Shown here one piece after another: positions 1-10,657 of a stretch of 33,366 bases of DNA. The first letter of the stretch is position 1, and each line of letters starts with the position of its first letter. The stretch spans positions 1-33,366 of the IMG/VR virus record IMGVR_UViG_3300033067_002516. The stretch is one strand, 5' to 3'. This DNA is from a virus. Its lineage: Duplodnaviria > Caudoviricetes. The position numbers and the translations under genes were made by a program. Under the pieces are notes generated by a model. That model was not told the origin of the DNA. It made no database searches and saw only the letters and a program-made list of their open reading frames with translations.

Positions 1-2
1 TA

Positions 3-212
3 TTCGATGGCTCTGCATCTTTATCAACAGAAAACTCAGGAGTTGGACTCCTTTCTAAAAAGTGGGGATGGTACAGGATCATTATTGAATTGGCGAATAA
101 AGATTTGCAAAAATTTGATGAACTCCTTGAACGACCAATATTCGAAATCCTTAACTTATTATCATACCTTACAGACGAGAATCTCGCAAGTAAAAATAAA
201 TTAGAAATATAA
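3..212 (+). CDS. Partial CDS (5' truncated), tail assembly chaperone-like C-terminal part
   Basis: My translation of frame 3 is FDGSASLSTENSGVGLLSKKWGWYRIIIELANKDLQKFDELLERPIFEILNLLSYLTDENLASKNKLEI*. The KWGWY..LA..D..FD..P..E.LN.LSY pattern resembles the gene that follows TerL in related phages. Not in the ORF track. Confidence 0.7.
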   Translation, partial: FDGSASLSTENSGVGLLSKKWGWYRIIIELANKDLQKFDELLERPIFEILNLLSYLTDENLASKNKLEI

Positions 213-219
213 ATAAAAA

Positions 220-714
220 ATGATATATCAATCGTATTATGACACCTATTCAGGATTAACTACAATGTTGATGCTTGTTGCAAATTCGCATAAAAATGTT
301 GCTGATGTTAATATCGGTGAAGTTGATGATTATACTGTGACAGGTCGTGATGTTTATCCTATGTGTTTTTTTGAATTACCTATCCAGGCGAATTTTACAT
401 TAAATACTATTCAGTGGAATATATCTGTTACAATTGTTGACCAAGTATTACATGAGAGAACAGATGAGCAAGAAAAAATAAATTCATGTTTTAATATTTG
501 TCAAGATTTGATCGAAGCGTATAAAGATTTACCTAATGCAGGATTTTCTGCTTATTCTAATTCCAATCAATATTGGATCAATAATGAATCTGTTAATATT
601 ATGACTTTAACAAGATTTAAAGATGATTTTAATGCTGGAGTTCGACTTGAATTTATGATTGAGCAATCAATTCCTGTCAATACTTGTATATTGTTAAACT
701 CTTTTAATGTATGA
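220..714 (+). CDS. Putative tail terminator / tail completion protein
   Basis: 164 aa with YPMCFFE and RFKDDFNAGVRLEF motifs; position in the tail module. Confidence 0.55.
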   Translation: MIYQSYYDTYSGLTTMLMLVANSHKNVADVNIGEVDDYTVTGRDVYPMCFFELPIQANFTLNTIQWNISVTIVDQVLHERTDEQEKINSCFNICQDLIEAYKDLPNAGFSAYSNSNQYWINNESVNIMTLTRFKDDFNAGVRLEFMIEQSIPVNTCILLNSFNV

Positions 715-1115
715 TTCAGGAATTAATTAATCTTATATTAAATTTAGTTAAATCATCTTGGATTGGGACAGGAATTGATAAAAATTCAGATTTAATAAAA
801 TCTGTACAACTCCAATATTCAAATTCAGATGGAATAATAATTTATGCTAATTCATACGCTGAAAATATTCAAAAAGGAAGAAAAAAATTCTCAAAGAAAA
901 TCCCAATAAATTTTTTAATTGAATTTGTTAAAAAAAATAATAGATCAGCAAAAAATGTAAACAACATTGCTTACGCTATACAGAATTCAATTTATAAAAA
1001 TGGTATTTCCGGTAAAAATATAATTAATGGAATTGAAAAACCATTATTAAATTCAATTGAACCGGTCATCGACAAAAACATACTTAAAATAATCGAACAA
1101 AATGTCAAATATTAA
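711..1115 (+). CDS. Putative neck/tail completion protein (HK97 gp10-like)
   Basis: Basic 134 aa protein with SYAENIQKGRK and IAYAIQNSIYKNGI motifs; ATGA overlap with the previous gene. Confidence 0.55.
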   Translation: MIQELINLILNLVKSSWIGTGIDKNSDLIKSVQLQYSNSDGIIIYANSYAENIQKGRKKFSKKIPINFLIEFVKKNNRSAKNVNNIAYAIQNSIYKNGISGKNIINGIEKPLLNSIEPVIDKNILKIIEQNVKY

Positions 1116-2787
1116 CAGAAATCCTTTTATTTATTTGGTTGCATCAAGTGCAACTGATTATAATGCTTATTCTTTGAATAATAATGTGACGATTATTTCT
1201 TCACCTCCAGTAATTAATGCTGTAAAAAACCCAATTGTTTGGACATTGCAATCTTCAGCGATAACTTCTACTGTAGAATATTCAGAATTATCAATTAATG
1301 TTAATTCTTTAACTGCAGAAGGTGAATATTTTGGATTTTCTGGAGGAACAAATTTTGACTATCCTCAATTTCAGATGGTAAGTAAAAATGAACCTGGAAT
1401 TATGGAGTATTACTCCATTAATACAACTCCATCTAAATCAACAGTTGAAGTTGCGGAGTGTATTTGTTCAGTTTTGAATGAGGATTTTAATTTCAGAGAC
1501 AGATTTTTTGCTGTACAATCAGGAACAACCTTTATTATTCGTTCAATTCAACCTGGTTCAAGATATAACATGAACTTTTCTTCATCTTCATCCGCAATTT
1601 CACAAAATTATGTTATAAATGCAACAGACACAAATCGTGGACAACAATTGAAGGATTATTGTGTGTGGGCTGATATATATTTCGGATCATGGGGATATTA
1701 TGCATCTGCTTCAACAATAAATAGAACTGGTTCTACTTATGTAAGTTCAGTAGAAATAGATTATAACCCCAATAATGTTTATAATTTCAATGTTTCAAAT
1801 TTTCTTGAACCTTATCTTTCAACTGATTTACCATTAGTGTCACAAACCACATTTTGGAGGGATTCTTCTGCAAATAATAATGTATATTTGGTTTATGGAG
1901 AAAAATACGATGAATTTGAAAATAATTTTCGCAGAAGATTTCTTGTTGGACAGACGGAAATTTCATGGGCAAATCATAGTTATGTAAATTATTTAATTGG
2001 AGGTAATTTATCTGGTTATTCTTTTGATTTATTCACAACTTCAGGCGATAATAAAGTATTTTTAACATCAGCACCCTCAGAAAAAGAAACATTAACCAAT
2101 CAATTAGAATATTTAGGAATGTTAATTGAAGGTAATGGTACACTTGCATTGTGTGTTCGTGGTATTTATGAATATTGGGATGGAACGCAATTTACTTATG
2201 AAAAAAATAACACAACTGCTTTTGATTTAGGTGGTCAGTGGTATACAGATGTATCTTATGCTAATCTAAATTTTGGAGCAGGGCAAACTGTTAGAAGATA
2301 TACTTGTGGAATTTATAAATATAATTCAGATATTCCTGATTCATCTCGAACATTAATTTCAGAAATAAGAACTTTTGAAATTCAACCAGATTGTGCTTCA
2401 ACTTATCAAAAACAAATTGTCTGGTTAGATAATGTTTGGGAAACTTTTATTTTTAATGGAGAAATCCAGGAGGAAGTTGATCGTGATTTTGAAACATTCA
2501 GAATAGCGTTGAGTTTTACTCCTTCTCAACAAGATATTTTATCCCAAGTAATAAACATTGATGTAAAAAAAATAATTACAGCAAAAACAAGATGGATAAA
2601 CAAAAAACATTTTGATTGGTTATTAACAATTCTTAAATCTTCAGATGTAAGACTTTATGAAGATGGATTATTTAAATCTATATTCATAACAAAATTTGAT
2701 TATAAATTAAATTCAATTGACCAATTATATAAAGTTGAAATTGAATATATTTTGTCTTCTGGTGAAAATTCATTAAATAATTCTTAA
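1102..2787 (+). CDS. Virion tail structural protein (distal-tail-like C-terminus)
   Basis: 561 aa, beta-rich; C-terminal WLDNVWETFIF...TRWINK..FDWL..IL.S.DV pattern; synteny. Confidence 0.6.
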   Translation: MSNINRNPFIYLVASSATDYNAYSLNNNVTIISSPPVINAVKNPIVWTLQSSAITSTVEYSELSINVNSLTAEGEYFGFSGGTNFDYPQFQMVSKNEPGIMEYYSINTTPSKSTVEVAECICSVLNEDFNFRDRFFAVQSGTTFIIRSIQPGSRYNMNFSSSSSAISQNYVINATDTNRGQQLKDYCVWADIYFGSWGYYASASTINRTGSTYVSSVEIDYNPNNVYNFNVSNFLEPYLSTDLPLVSQTTFWRDSSANNNVYLVYGEKYDEFENNFRRRFLVGQTEISWANHSYVNYLIGGNLSGYSFDLFTTSGDNKVFLTSAPSEKETLTNQLEYLGMLIEGNGTLALCVRGIYEYWDGTQFTYEKNNTTAFDLGGQWYTDVSYANLNFGAGQTVRRYTCGIYKYNSDIPDSSRTLISEIRTFEIQPDCASTYQKQIVWLDNVWETFIFNGEIQEEVDRDFETFRIALSFTPSQQDILSQVINIDVKKIITAKTRWINKKHFDWLLTILKSSDVRLYEDGLFKSIFITKFDYKLNSIDQLYKVEIEYILSSGENSLNNS

Positions 2788-2792
2788 AAGAA

Positions 2793-5255
2793 ATGCAAGA
2801 AAGACTTTATATAAATAATCAAGTTGTCGATTTAGACGCTAAATCGAGTATTAATCTTAATCGAGATTTTAATGATTTACAAAATCCAGAAAGTAGGGTT
2901 GGTGATATATCGCTGAATATCAAATTACCAAAAACAAAGAACAATAAAATAATTTTCGAGCATGTTCAGGTAGAAAATAAACAAGATAAGTTTGTTAAAA
3001 CATTAGATTATACGGCTGAATATTATGTGGATGGTCGTGTTACTTTTCAGGGTATTTTTAGAATTTTATCTGTTGAAAATAATAATTTTAATGGTGTTTT
3101 GATGGGCGATAACATTGCATGGGCAAAAAAGTTATCTGGTAAAACTCTTCGTGATTTAAAAAATGATGATTTGGTTACACCTTGGAGTGCAATATTTTAT
3201 GGTTGGTCAGGAAGTTCAACTCCATACTCTGCAAATTGGTATATAAATAATATTGACTATAATACCCAAGATATTTTATTTCCGCTAATAAGTTATGGTT
3301 CTTTTTTTACAGCACAACAAACACCATACACCAATCAAATATTTTTGGACAGTTTAGCAGGAGATGATGTTCCACCTTCTGTCTATGACTTAAAAATAAT
3401 CAAAAGAATTTTTCAAAATATCGGTATGAATGTTGGTTCAAGTATATTCTCTGTTGTAGAAAACCAAAGAGTATACATGCCTTTTACGGCCAGTGACAGA
3501 TACACTTGGAATTATGGTCAAATCATGGCAGCGAGTGCAAATAATTCTGCTTTTAATGTTGAACAGGTATTTTCTGCTACGACTTTAGCAGATTATTCAG
3601 AAAGAATTAATTTTGTTGCGGAAGCGACAAATTTAAAATATACAGATTTTATTATATTGGATTTTCCTAATATAACAAATAATCCGGCTGGTAATATTGT
3701 CACACAATCTTTTCTTGGTCAAAATGGGATTTTTACAGCACAACAATATAATTGTCCAGTAACAGATTTGTATTCTTTTGATGTTGTAATTAATGATTGG
3801 ATGTTTTACAATAGAGGATTTTATAGGACAGACTTTTCAACACAATTTGCATCTGCTTTAAATCCTGCACTTGCAAGTTCTGCTTATACTCCAACTTATT
3901 TTTTAAGAGATGGAATATTTATTTATCTTGACGATGAGTATGGGAGTTATACCAACCAAGTCATGGAAAATATAACAAGATATTGTTGGCAGTTTTATGA
4001 GACTTATTTTGATGATTTGGCAATTGATAATAATTTGGTTCTTGCAGCTTATATTCCTTCTCATACAGGTACAACAACATTTTTTCAACCATACGATGAT
4101 AATGCAAATATTATTGTTACAGGAACTAATGCTTATACATTATATTCTGGATGGAGCAGTCCATTTGAATATTATGATATAAAAGTAGAAGGCACATCAA
4201 GATTTGAATTTCGTGATATTTTAATTCCATCTGGATTTTCAATTAAGGTTGGTATGTTCGGACCGGCTTATTCGTCTGGAAGTACTGCAACATTTGGTGG
4301 TACAGGAATTGCTGATGAAATAAGTACTGGTTTTTCAGCCAGTTCAGTTCAAATTGAATTTTTTTCATCAAAAAACGATGATATTAATTTAAATATTACA
4401 AATAATCTACCTGATATAGGTCAATTGGATTATGTTAAGAGTTTTTTAAATCGCTATCACTGTTATATTCATTGTGATTATTCGGATAATACAATTTATT
4501 TTGAACCTTATAATTCATACTTCTTGTCAAACGATTTTCAAATTGAAATTGATGATATTTTTGATAATAATTTTTTCGAGCCAGATACTGAGCCGATCAA
4601 ATTACCAAAAAATATATATTTCAAATGGTCAAATGATAACACAGATGCATTACTTAAACAAGATTTAAGTTATGGTAATTTGCAGATAACTTCCGATAAT
4701 GTGTATAATGAAGGTGAAAAAACAATACAACTTTTATTTTCTGCAACAAAAATGAGAGATTTTGATCTTATTACACCTGGGTTTAATGTATCCGCATCAA
4801 CAATTTCTTTACCTTCTATTTCAAATGAAGAGTCTTTTTCAAATTCTGAACTATCAGGTATAACATGGAGTTTTGCTTACACACCAAGATTGTTAAAATT
4901 AACTGGTGAGTATGCTAATCTATCTGGGGTTACCATTTTTACACAAGTTGGAGGGTACAACTCCAAGATTTTAACTTCTGAATTCAAAAATGAGACTGAA
5001 GGTAAATTATCTTTGGCTTATGATGGAGAAAATGGATTATATACAAATTATTTTGAAAGATTTTATTCAGAGATTGGTGATTCGTATATATTAAATTTAG
5101 ATGCGAAGTTAACTCCTGAATATTTTGAAAAGATGCAGACCAATGTTCCATTATCATTAAATGGGCAATCTTATTTTTTAAATTCAATTAAGAATTATAA
5201 TGTTTTTTCAACAAAACCTTCAAAATTAAGCATCATCAAAAAATTCACCAATTAA
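2793..5255 (+). CDS. Tail tip / baseplate hub-like structural protein
   Basis: 820 aa; N-terminus LYINNQVVDL...DLQNPESR..DIS.NIKLPKTKNNKIIF resembles Bacteroidota phage tail-tip proteins. Confidence 0.65.
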   Translation: MQERLYINNQVVDLDAKSSINLNRDFNDLQNPESRVGDISLNIKLPKTKNNKIIFEHVQVENKQDKFVKTLDYTAEYYVDGRVTFQGIFRILSVENNNFNGVLMGDNIAWAKKLSGKTLRDLKNDDLVTPWSAIFYGWSGSSTPYSANWYINNIDYNTQDILFPLISYGSFFTAQQTPYTNQIFLDSLAGDDVPPSVYDLKIIKRIFQNIGMNVGSSIFSVVENQRVYMPFTASDRYTWNYGQIMAASANNSAFNVEQVFSATTLADYSERINFVAEATNLKYTDFIILDFPNITNNPAGNIVTQSFLGQNGIFTAQQYNCPVTDLYSFDVVINDWMFYNRGFYRTDFSTQFASALNPALASSAYTPTYFLRDGIFIYLDDEYGSYTNQVMENITRYCWQFYETYFDDLAIDNNLVLAAYIPSHTGTTTFFQPYDDNANIIVTGTNAYTLYSGWSSPFEYYDIKVEGTSRFEFRDILIPSGFSIKVGMFGPAYSSGSTATFGGTGIADEISTGFSASSVQIEFFSSKNDDINLNITNNLPDIGQLDYVKSFLNRYHCYIHCDYSDNTIYFEPYNSYFLSNDFQIEIDDIFDNNFFEPDTEPIKLPKNIYFKWSNDNTDALLKQDLSYGNLQITSDNVYNEGEKTIQLLFSATKMRDFDLITPGFNVSASTISLPSISNEESFSNSELSGITWSFAYTPRLLKLTGEYANLSGVTIFTQVGGYNSKILTSEFKNETEGKLSLAYDGENGLYTNYFERFYSEIGDSYILNLDAKLTPEYFEKMQTNVPLSLNGQSYFLNSIKNYNVFSTKPSKLSIIKKFTN

Positions 5256-5270
5256 TATTTATATATAGAC

Positions 5271-8200
5271 ATGGCAGAAAGAAAAATAATATATTCCATT
5301 AAAATTAATGGAGTTGAGCAATCAACCAAAGATATAAAAATCCTTGGTGAAGAAATAAATAATCTTGGTGATTCAGTGTCCAGCCTGGACATGAGTGAAA
5401 ATACATTTTCAGTTGATGGTATTGAAAATATAAATACAGAGATAACTCAAACTGGTGAGAAATTTGATTCAGCGGGTAATTCTGTAAATAATTTTGATGC
5501 AAATCTGGATAAATTATCATCAGATAGCGTTGTAAATGTTGGTAAAAATTTAGATTCAACAACAGAGAAAGTTGATAAGTTAACATTCGCTGGTGAGAAA
5601 GGATTTAAGGGATTATCCGATGCATTAAAATTATTTGGTGTTGATACTTCAATTTTAGATAATGTAAAAGAAGGGTTAGGTGCAATAGGTGATTTATTGG
5701 ATTCCAATTCCAAACTTAATGATGTTGCACATAATTCTGCTCCTGCAGCTAAACAAGCGGAAACAATTAAAGAGTTGGCTGGGGCACAAAAGGCTGCAAA
5801 TACTGCAACGAATGCAGGTACAATTGCAACAACCGCATCTTCCACAGCAACTAAAGGTGCAACCTTTGCTACTCAGGCATTTAATGTTGCTTTACGTGCT
5901 TTACCTTTTCTTGCAGTTATCGGGGCTATTACAACAGTTATTGCATTGTATAAAAATTGGAAAGATGCTCAAAAAGAAAATGCTGAAAATTTAGCATCAT
6001 CTTTTAAATTAATTGAACAAGAAATAAATAATGTTTCTGATAAGTATGAAGAATTAAATCAAAATGTAGAGACAAATTCTAAATTTAATCAAATAGGTGC
6101 AGATGCCAGAATTCAACAATTAAATGAAGAGTTAAAATTATTGGAAATAAATGGAGCAACTGCACAACAAATTGCAAATAAAAGAACAGAAATTTTAAAA
6201 GCAGAGATTGCTTTACAACAACAACTTATTACATACAATAATACAGCAATTACTAATGCTGGTAATCAAATTTCTGAGTATGATGCATTGATTAGTAAAT
6301 TAACTAAAGCAAATAATGATTTAAGAGATTTAAATGCAAAAGAAAAAGATTCTGAAATTAGACAAATTAACCAACAATCTATTAATGATAATGAAAAAAT
6401 TATTAATGACACAATTTTAGAGCAAAATAAATTAAATCAAAAGAGAAATGATTTAAATTTAGAAAATGCAAAAATAGAAAATGATATTAATATTAAAAAA
6501 CAATTTGGTGTAAAATTAATTAATGCTCAAACCGCTGAAGAAAATAAAAAATTAGAAGTTTTAAAAGAACAAGAAAAAATAAAATTATCAGAAGAATTAA
6601 AGAAAGTTGGTCTTGAAATATTTCAAAATTATCTTGAATTAAAAAACTTCAATGATGAATTTTTTAGATTATATAATGAACTTGAACAATCTGTTAATAA
6701 AGATAAATTAAAAATTGCGGTTGATGCAGGTGACTTCGATAAAGCGTTTGATTTATTAATTAATTCATTAGATAATTTTGATTTTGAGTTAAAAAATAAA
6801 AAAGAAAATATAATTAAAAACCTTGCCGAACCACTAATCCAGGCAAGAGTATCTTTATTGGATTTTCAAAGTAAAATAAAAGATGAATTAAAAATAAGAT
6901 TAAAGTTAGAAGGTGTTGAAGAAATAAAAATTGATTCAACAATTAAAAACATTGAAGATAAATTATCAAATTTAAAATTTGATATATCTTCTGCTTTTGA
7001 ATTTGATTTACCTGTTAATTTTCAAACACAAGTATTTGATAAAATATTTAAATCAAATATAACTTCAATTCAAAATTATTCTAATGAAGTTATTGATGTT
7101 CGTGAAAAAACCAAAAATGGTTTGGTGGATTTAACTCCTGAAGAATATTTCTTATTTGATTTAGATAAATTATCAAAGAATTTTAATATAACAGACGGAA
7201 TACTAAATCAAAACTTCGTAGAATTCCTATCTTATCAATTAGAATTAAAAAAATCCATTTCTTCAATTAAAGAAGAATTAGATACTGAATTTCAATTAAA
7301 AGGGTTTTCTACAGAAAGTACAGATAGTCTTAATCAATTTGTTAATTCTTTAATTAACACAGATAAATCATTATCTGAAGTTAATAAAAAAGTAACTGAT
7401 ACATTCGACAACCAAACAGTTGTTCAATCAGCAGTCTTAAAGACTTTTACAGAAAAAATTAATGAGACATCAAATTTATTAAAAAATGTTGAAGGAAATT
7501 TTACAGAAAGTTTCGATAACATACAAAATATTGTTGATGCTAATTTGGATGGTCTACAAGATAAATTTAATAATGGAGAAAATTTAAATTTTAAATTGTT
7601 TTTAAACAATGATTTAAAAGAACAATTAAAATTAACTTTATCTGAACCGGTTCAAAAAACAATTGATGATCTCAATAAAAAGAAAGCAGAACTCCAAAGA
7701 ATATTTGAAGAGTTAATTAAATTAAATCCTAATAATGAATCTGAATTAAAAAATGAATTAAATGGTGTGTTATCTGATATTGATGGATTTATTGTAAAAT
7801 TAGAGAAAAAAGTTGAAGATAATAATAAAAAAGTTGAATTAACATTTAAAGAATTTTATGATAAGTACGCACAATTAATTTTTGACACGCTACAGGCATC
7901 AGTAGATTTGTATGCTGCAATAAATGATTTACAAATTCAATCATTGGAACAACAAATGGAAGTTGTTGATGAATATTATGATGGTATTGCAGATAAGTAT
8001 GAAGAAGAAATTGAGAGAACACAGGAGTTTTACGACCAACAGGCACAAATTGCAAATGATTCTATTTCAAAAATTAATGATTATGAAAATCAGTTAAAGA
8101 CAGCAAGGGGAGCAAGAGCAGAATTTTTACTTAAACTTATCGCTGCAGAACAAGAAAAAAATCAAAAAGCAGAAAAAGCAAAATTAGATGCATTAAAAAA

Positions 8201-9347
8201 AGAACAACTTGCAAAAAAAGAAGCAGCAAAAGCAGAGGAAGAGCGAGCTGCTGAATTAGATGCTCTTGCAAGAAAGAGATTTAATTTACAAAAAGCAAAT
8301 AACATGGCTCAGATTATCTTAAGTACAACTGTGGCTGTAATGAAGGCTCTTGCACAAGACCCTGGACCACCTACAACTATTCCTTTAGCAGTAATTACTG
8401 GTGTATTGGGAGCAGTACAATTAGGTATTGCAGCAAGTGCAAAATACGAACAAGGTGGTGTATTGGATGTTATGGAAAATGGTGGTGAATTATCCGGACC
8501 TCGACATTCAGCCGGTGGACTTGCTGTAATTAACATGCAGACTGGTCAAAAAGTTGCAGAGGTAGAAGGAGAAGAATTTATCGTTAACCGCCAATCTACT
8601 GCAAATAAAAATAATTATCGTGTAATTAATAATATTAATAAAGACGCTAATTACATGGATGATAAAATGGTTGTACGTACAACAGATATTGAAAAATTAG
8701 AAAAGTATTCCCAAAGTTTATCTAAAAATAATAAAGAGACAATTAAAGACAATCAAATTCCGCCTGCAATTAAACCTGTTAAGGAATTTGAAGATGGAGG
8801 TTTATTTTTTAAAGATATATATCAAAATTATAAATTTGAAGATGGGGGTAAAATGTCTTCATTGGAGTTTTACGAAAATATTTTTAAATCTGATTCTAAT
8901 TTAAGTAAAAATTCAAATAAAATATCAAAATATAAAATCAATGAAATTGATATTAATGAATTTGATTTGAATAATGTTTCGAAATTCGAAAATGGTGGTA
9001 AATTATATAATTCTATTTTGAATAATAATCAAAGTAATTTATCTTCAACTTCAACATTAAATAAAAATATAAAAAATAATTATTTAGAGACCGGTGGAAT
9101 TTTATCAAAAATTGAAAACTTCTCGACACCTAATTATTCAAACATGATTAATTCTATTACAAATGCAAATAATAATCGTCAACAAGCAGTTAATGTTACG
9201 CCTATAGTTCAGGCTAATGTTGATTCAGAGTCAATTACTAATGCAATTATAGATGGAATGGCAAATGTGAATATTCAGGCGAGCATCCAGGATATTATTC
9301 AACAGAATAATAATCAGGTTCAAATTGATAATCTTCGTAGGATTTAA
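5271..9347 (+). CDS. Tape measure protein
   Basis: 1358 aa; long coiled coil; hydrophobic segments (AFNVALRALPFLAVIGAI, PLAVITGVLGAVQLGI); GPRHSAGG...EVEGEEFIVNR motif. Confidence 0.85.
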   Translation: MAERKIIYSIKINGVEQSTKDIKILGEEINNLGDSVSSLDMSENTFSVDGIENINTEITQTGEKFDSAGNSVNNFDANLDKLSSDSVVNVGKNLDSTTEKVDKLTFAGEKGFKGLSDALKLFGVDTSILDNVKEGLGAIGDLLDSNSKLNDVAHNSAPAAKQAETIKELAGAQKAANTATNAGTIATTASSTATKGATFATQAFNVALRALPFLAVIGAITTVIALYKNWKDAQKENAENLASSFKLIEQEINNVSDKYEELNQNVETNSKFNQIGADARIQQLNEELKLLEINGATAQQIANKRTEILKAEIALQQQLITYNNTAITNAGNQISEYDALISKLTKANNDLRDLNAKEKDSEIRQINQQSINDNEKIINDTILEQNKLNQKRNDLNLENAKIENDINIKKQFGVKLINAQTAEENKKLEVLKEQEKIKLSEELKKVGLEIFQNYLELKNFNDEFFRLYNELEQSVNKDKLKIAVDAGDFDKAFDLLINSLDNFDFELKNKKENIIKNLAEPLIQARVSLLDFQSKIKDELKIRLKLEGVEEIKIDSTIKNIEDKLSNLKFDISSAFEFDLPVNFQTQVFDKIFKSNITSIQNYSNEVIDVREKTKNGLVDLTPEEYFLFDLDKLSKNFNITDGILNQNFVEFLSYQLELKKSISSIKEELDTEFQLKGFSTESTDSLNQFVNSLINTDKSLSEVNKKVTDTFDNQTVVQSAVLKTFTEKINETSNLLKNVEGNFTESFDNIQNIVDANLDGLQDKFNNGENLNFKLFLNNDLKEQLKLTLSEPVQKTIDDLNKKKAELQRIFEELIKLNPNNESELKNELNGVLSDIDGFIVKLEKKVEDNNKKVELTFKEFYDKYAQLIFDTLQASVDLYAAINDLQIQSLEQQMEVVDEYYDGIADKYEEEIERTQEFYDQQAQIANDSISKINDYENQLKTARGARAEFLLKLIAAEQEKNQKAEKAKLDALKKEQLAKKEAAKAEEERAAELDALARKRFNLQKANNMAQIILSTTVAVMKALAQDPGPPTTIPLAVITGVLGAVQLGIAASAKYEQGGVLDVMENGGELSGPRHSAGGLAVINMQTGQKVAEVEGEEFIVNRQSTANKNNYRVINNINKDANYMDDKMVVRTTDIEKLEKYSQSLSKNNKETIKDNQIPPAIKPVKEFEDGGLFFKDIYQNYKFEDGGKMSSLEFYENIFKSDSNLSKNSNKISKYKINEIDINEFDLNNVSKFENGGKLYNSILNNNQSNLSSTSTLNKNIKNNYLETGGILSKIENFSTPNYSNMINSITNANNNRQQAVNVTPIVQANVDSESITNAIIDGMANVNIQASIQDIIQQNNNQVQIDNLRRI

Positions 9348-9352
9348 ATTAA

Positions 9353-9376
9353 AAACCCCCATTTATTTGGGGGTTT
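9353..9376. terminator. Bidirectional intrinsic terminator
   Basis: AAACCCCCA-tttatt-TGGGGGTTT between convergent genes, with A/T tracts on both sides. Confidence 0.8.
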
Positions 9377-10394
9377 CTTTTTTTAATTTAATTTGTTTAT
9401 TGTATAAAATTTTATCATCAATTGATCCTTCTAAATAACTTAAAATTAAACTTTTAAAACTTGCTCTAAAAATTGGTAAATAAGTAAGTGCAATTTTCTC
9501 GTCTTTCAAAACAGAAATTAGATATTGCAAAATATACTTCATTACAGATTCTTCCTTTTTTTCATTAAAATTTTTGGAAGTTATTTTGAATTTTTTTATC
9601 AAATAATTCTTAGCATAAGTTGAAGTCCTGGTATACATGTACATACCCATAATTTTATTTTTTGAAAACATTCTGCTTGCCTGGATATATTTTTCATCAA
9701 GCAAAAAACTTCTAACAACATCAGATTTAATTTGAGAATTTGTTATAAAATATAAATAAGTTGCAATTACTCTACGAACATCCATGTTATCTTCAGTATA
9801 ATCACTTACCAACTCATTGGCAGCACTTTGGATGTCTTTGGTAAGTATTTCTGGTCTGGTTAAAAAAGATCGTCTTGATAACATCTCTCTTTTTGAGATA
9901 AATTCAATTTTACATTTTTTTTGGAAATAATTAAAACATGATTGTATGTCGGAATTGAAATAGTGTTTGACTTGAACCCAATTTTCAAAATTATGCTTTT
10001 TCATGAATCTTTCAAAAACAGACCTATCACCGATATAAATCAAAGCCCTTTCAAAAGTATTTGTTTTTGGATCAATTACTTCTTCTGGTATATTTAATAA
10101 TTTTCGATTTCGTAATAAATTTTTCTTAAAGTGGTCAATCGCAACAGTAAATATATTATCTCTTCTTTTGGTCTGGTATTCTCGTTGGTATTTTTTCCAA
10201 TAATCATAATTCTCAGCCTTAAATTTAATCATTACTTCCTTTTTTGCTTGTGCTACACAATCTAAACATTGGATAATGAATTCATTATAAGGTTTATGTT
10301 TATAGTTTTTTTGATAATGATTAAGATGTTCTTGATCTAAATCTTTAACATCGCCACATTTTTTACAGATAAATTGTTGGTTTCTTTCTTCCAT
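9363..10394 (-). CDS. Hypothetical protein with N-terminal Zn finger (CxxC...CxxC) and basic helical region
   Basis: CKKC...CLDC followed by KKYQREYQTKRR; no catalytic HNH motif seen. Confidence 0.6.
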   Translation of the reverse strand: MEERNQQFICKKCGDVKDLDQEHLNHYQKNYKHKPYNEFIIQCLDCVAQAKKEVMIKFKAENYDYWKKYQREYQTKRRDNIFTVAIDHFKKNLLRNRKLLNIPEEVIDPKTNTFERALIYIGDRSVFERFMKKHNFENWVQVKHYFNSDIQSCFNYFQKKCKIEFISKREMLSRRSFLTRPEILTKDIQSAANELVSDYTEDNMDVRRVIATYLYFITNSQIKSDVVRSFLLDEKYIQASRMFSKNKIMGMYMYTRTSTYAKNYLIKKFKITSKNFNEKKEESVMKYILQYLISVLKDEKIALTYLPIFRASFKSLILSYLEGSIDDKILYNKQIKLKKETPK

Positions 10395-10395
10395 A

Positions 10396-10422
10396 ATTTT
10401 ACAAATATATATAAATAAATAG
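10396..10422 (-). promoter_or_regulatory. Promoter element, copy 1 of an identical 27-bp pair
   Basis: Minus strand reads CTATTTATTTATATATATTTGTAAAAT, containing the Bacteroidota -7 element TAnnTTTG, directly before the ATG at 10394. Confidence 0.65.
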
Positions 10423-10437
10423 AAATAAAAAAATAAA

Positions 10438-10657
10438 TTATAAAATTATTATTTGATCCTCTGTAATATCTGAAGAACGATATATATTTATACCTCTATA
10501 TTGCATTGTTATTATATACCTGGAGATCGACATGTCATTAAACATACTCACATAGTGTATACCAAGCACTGTAATGCATTATAATGCCATTTGGTTGTCT
10601 ATATTGATCTCTTTCGTAAGACCACAACATTTCCTCTAATTTCTCTTTTATATTCAT
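10438..10657 (-). pseudogene. Small gene split by a frameshift
   Basis: ATGA-coupled start gives MNIKEKLEEMLWSYERDQYRQPNGIIMHYSAWYTLCEYV*; the +1 frame continues FNDMSISRYIITMQYRGINIYRSSDITEDQIIIL*. Confidence 0.5.

Noticed and set aside
7-204. Track ORF as an independent gene
   Set aside because: Frame 3 carries the recognisable motif; this frame is at most the zero-frame tail of an upstream gene
1402-1418. Palindrome ATGGAGTA-T-TACTCCAT in a tail gene
   Set aside because: Single copy that shares only TGGAGT with the array motif and lacks the TTNNAC part; may be chance
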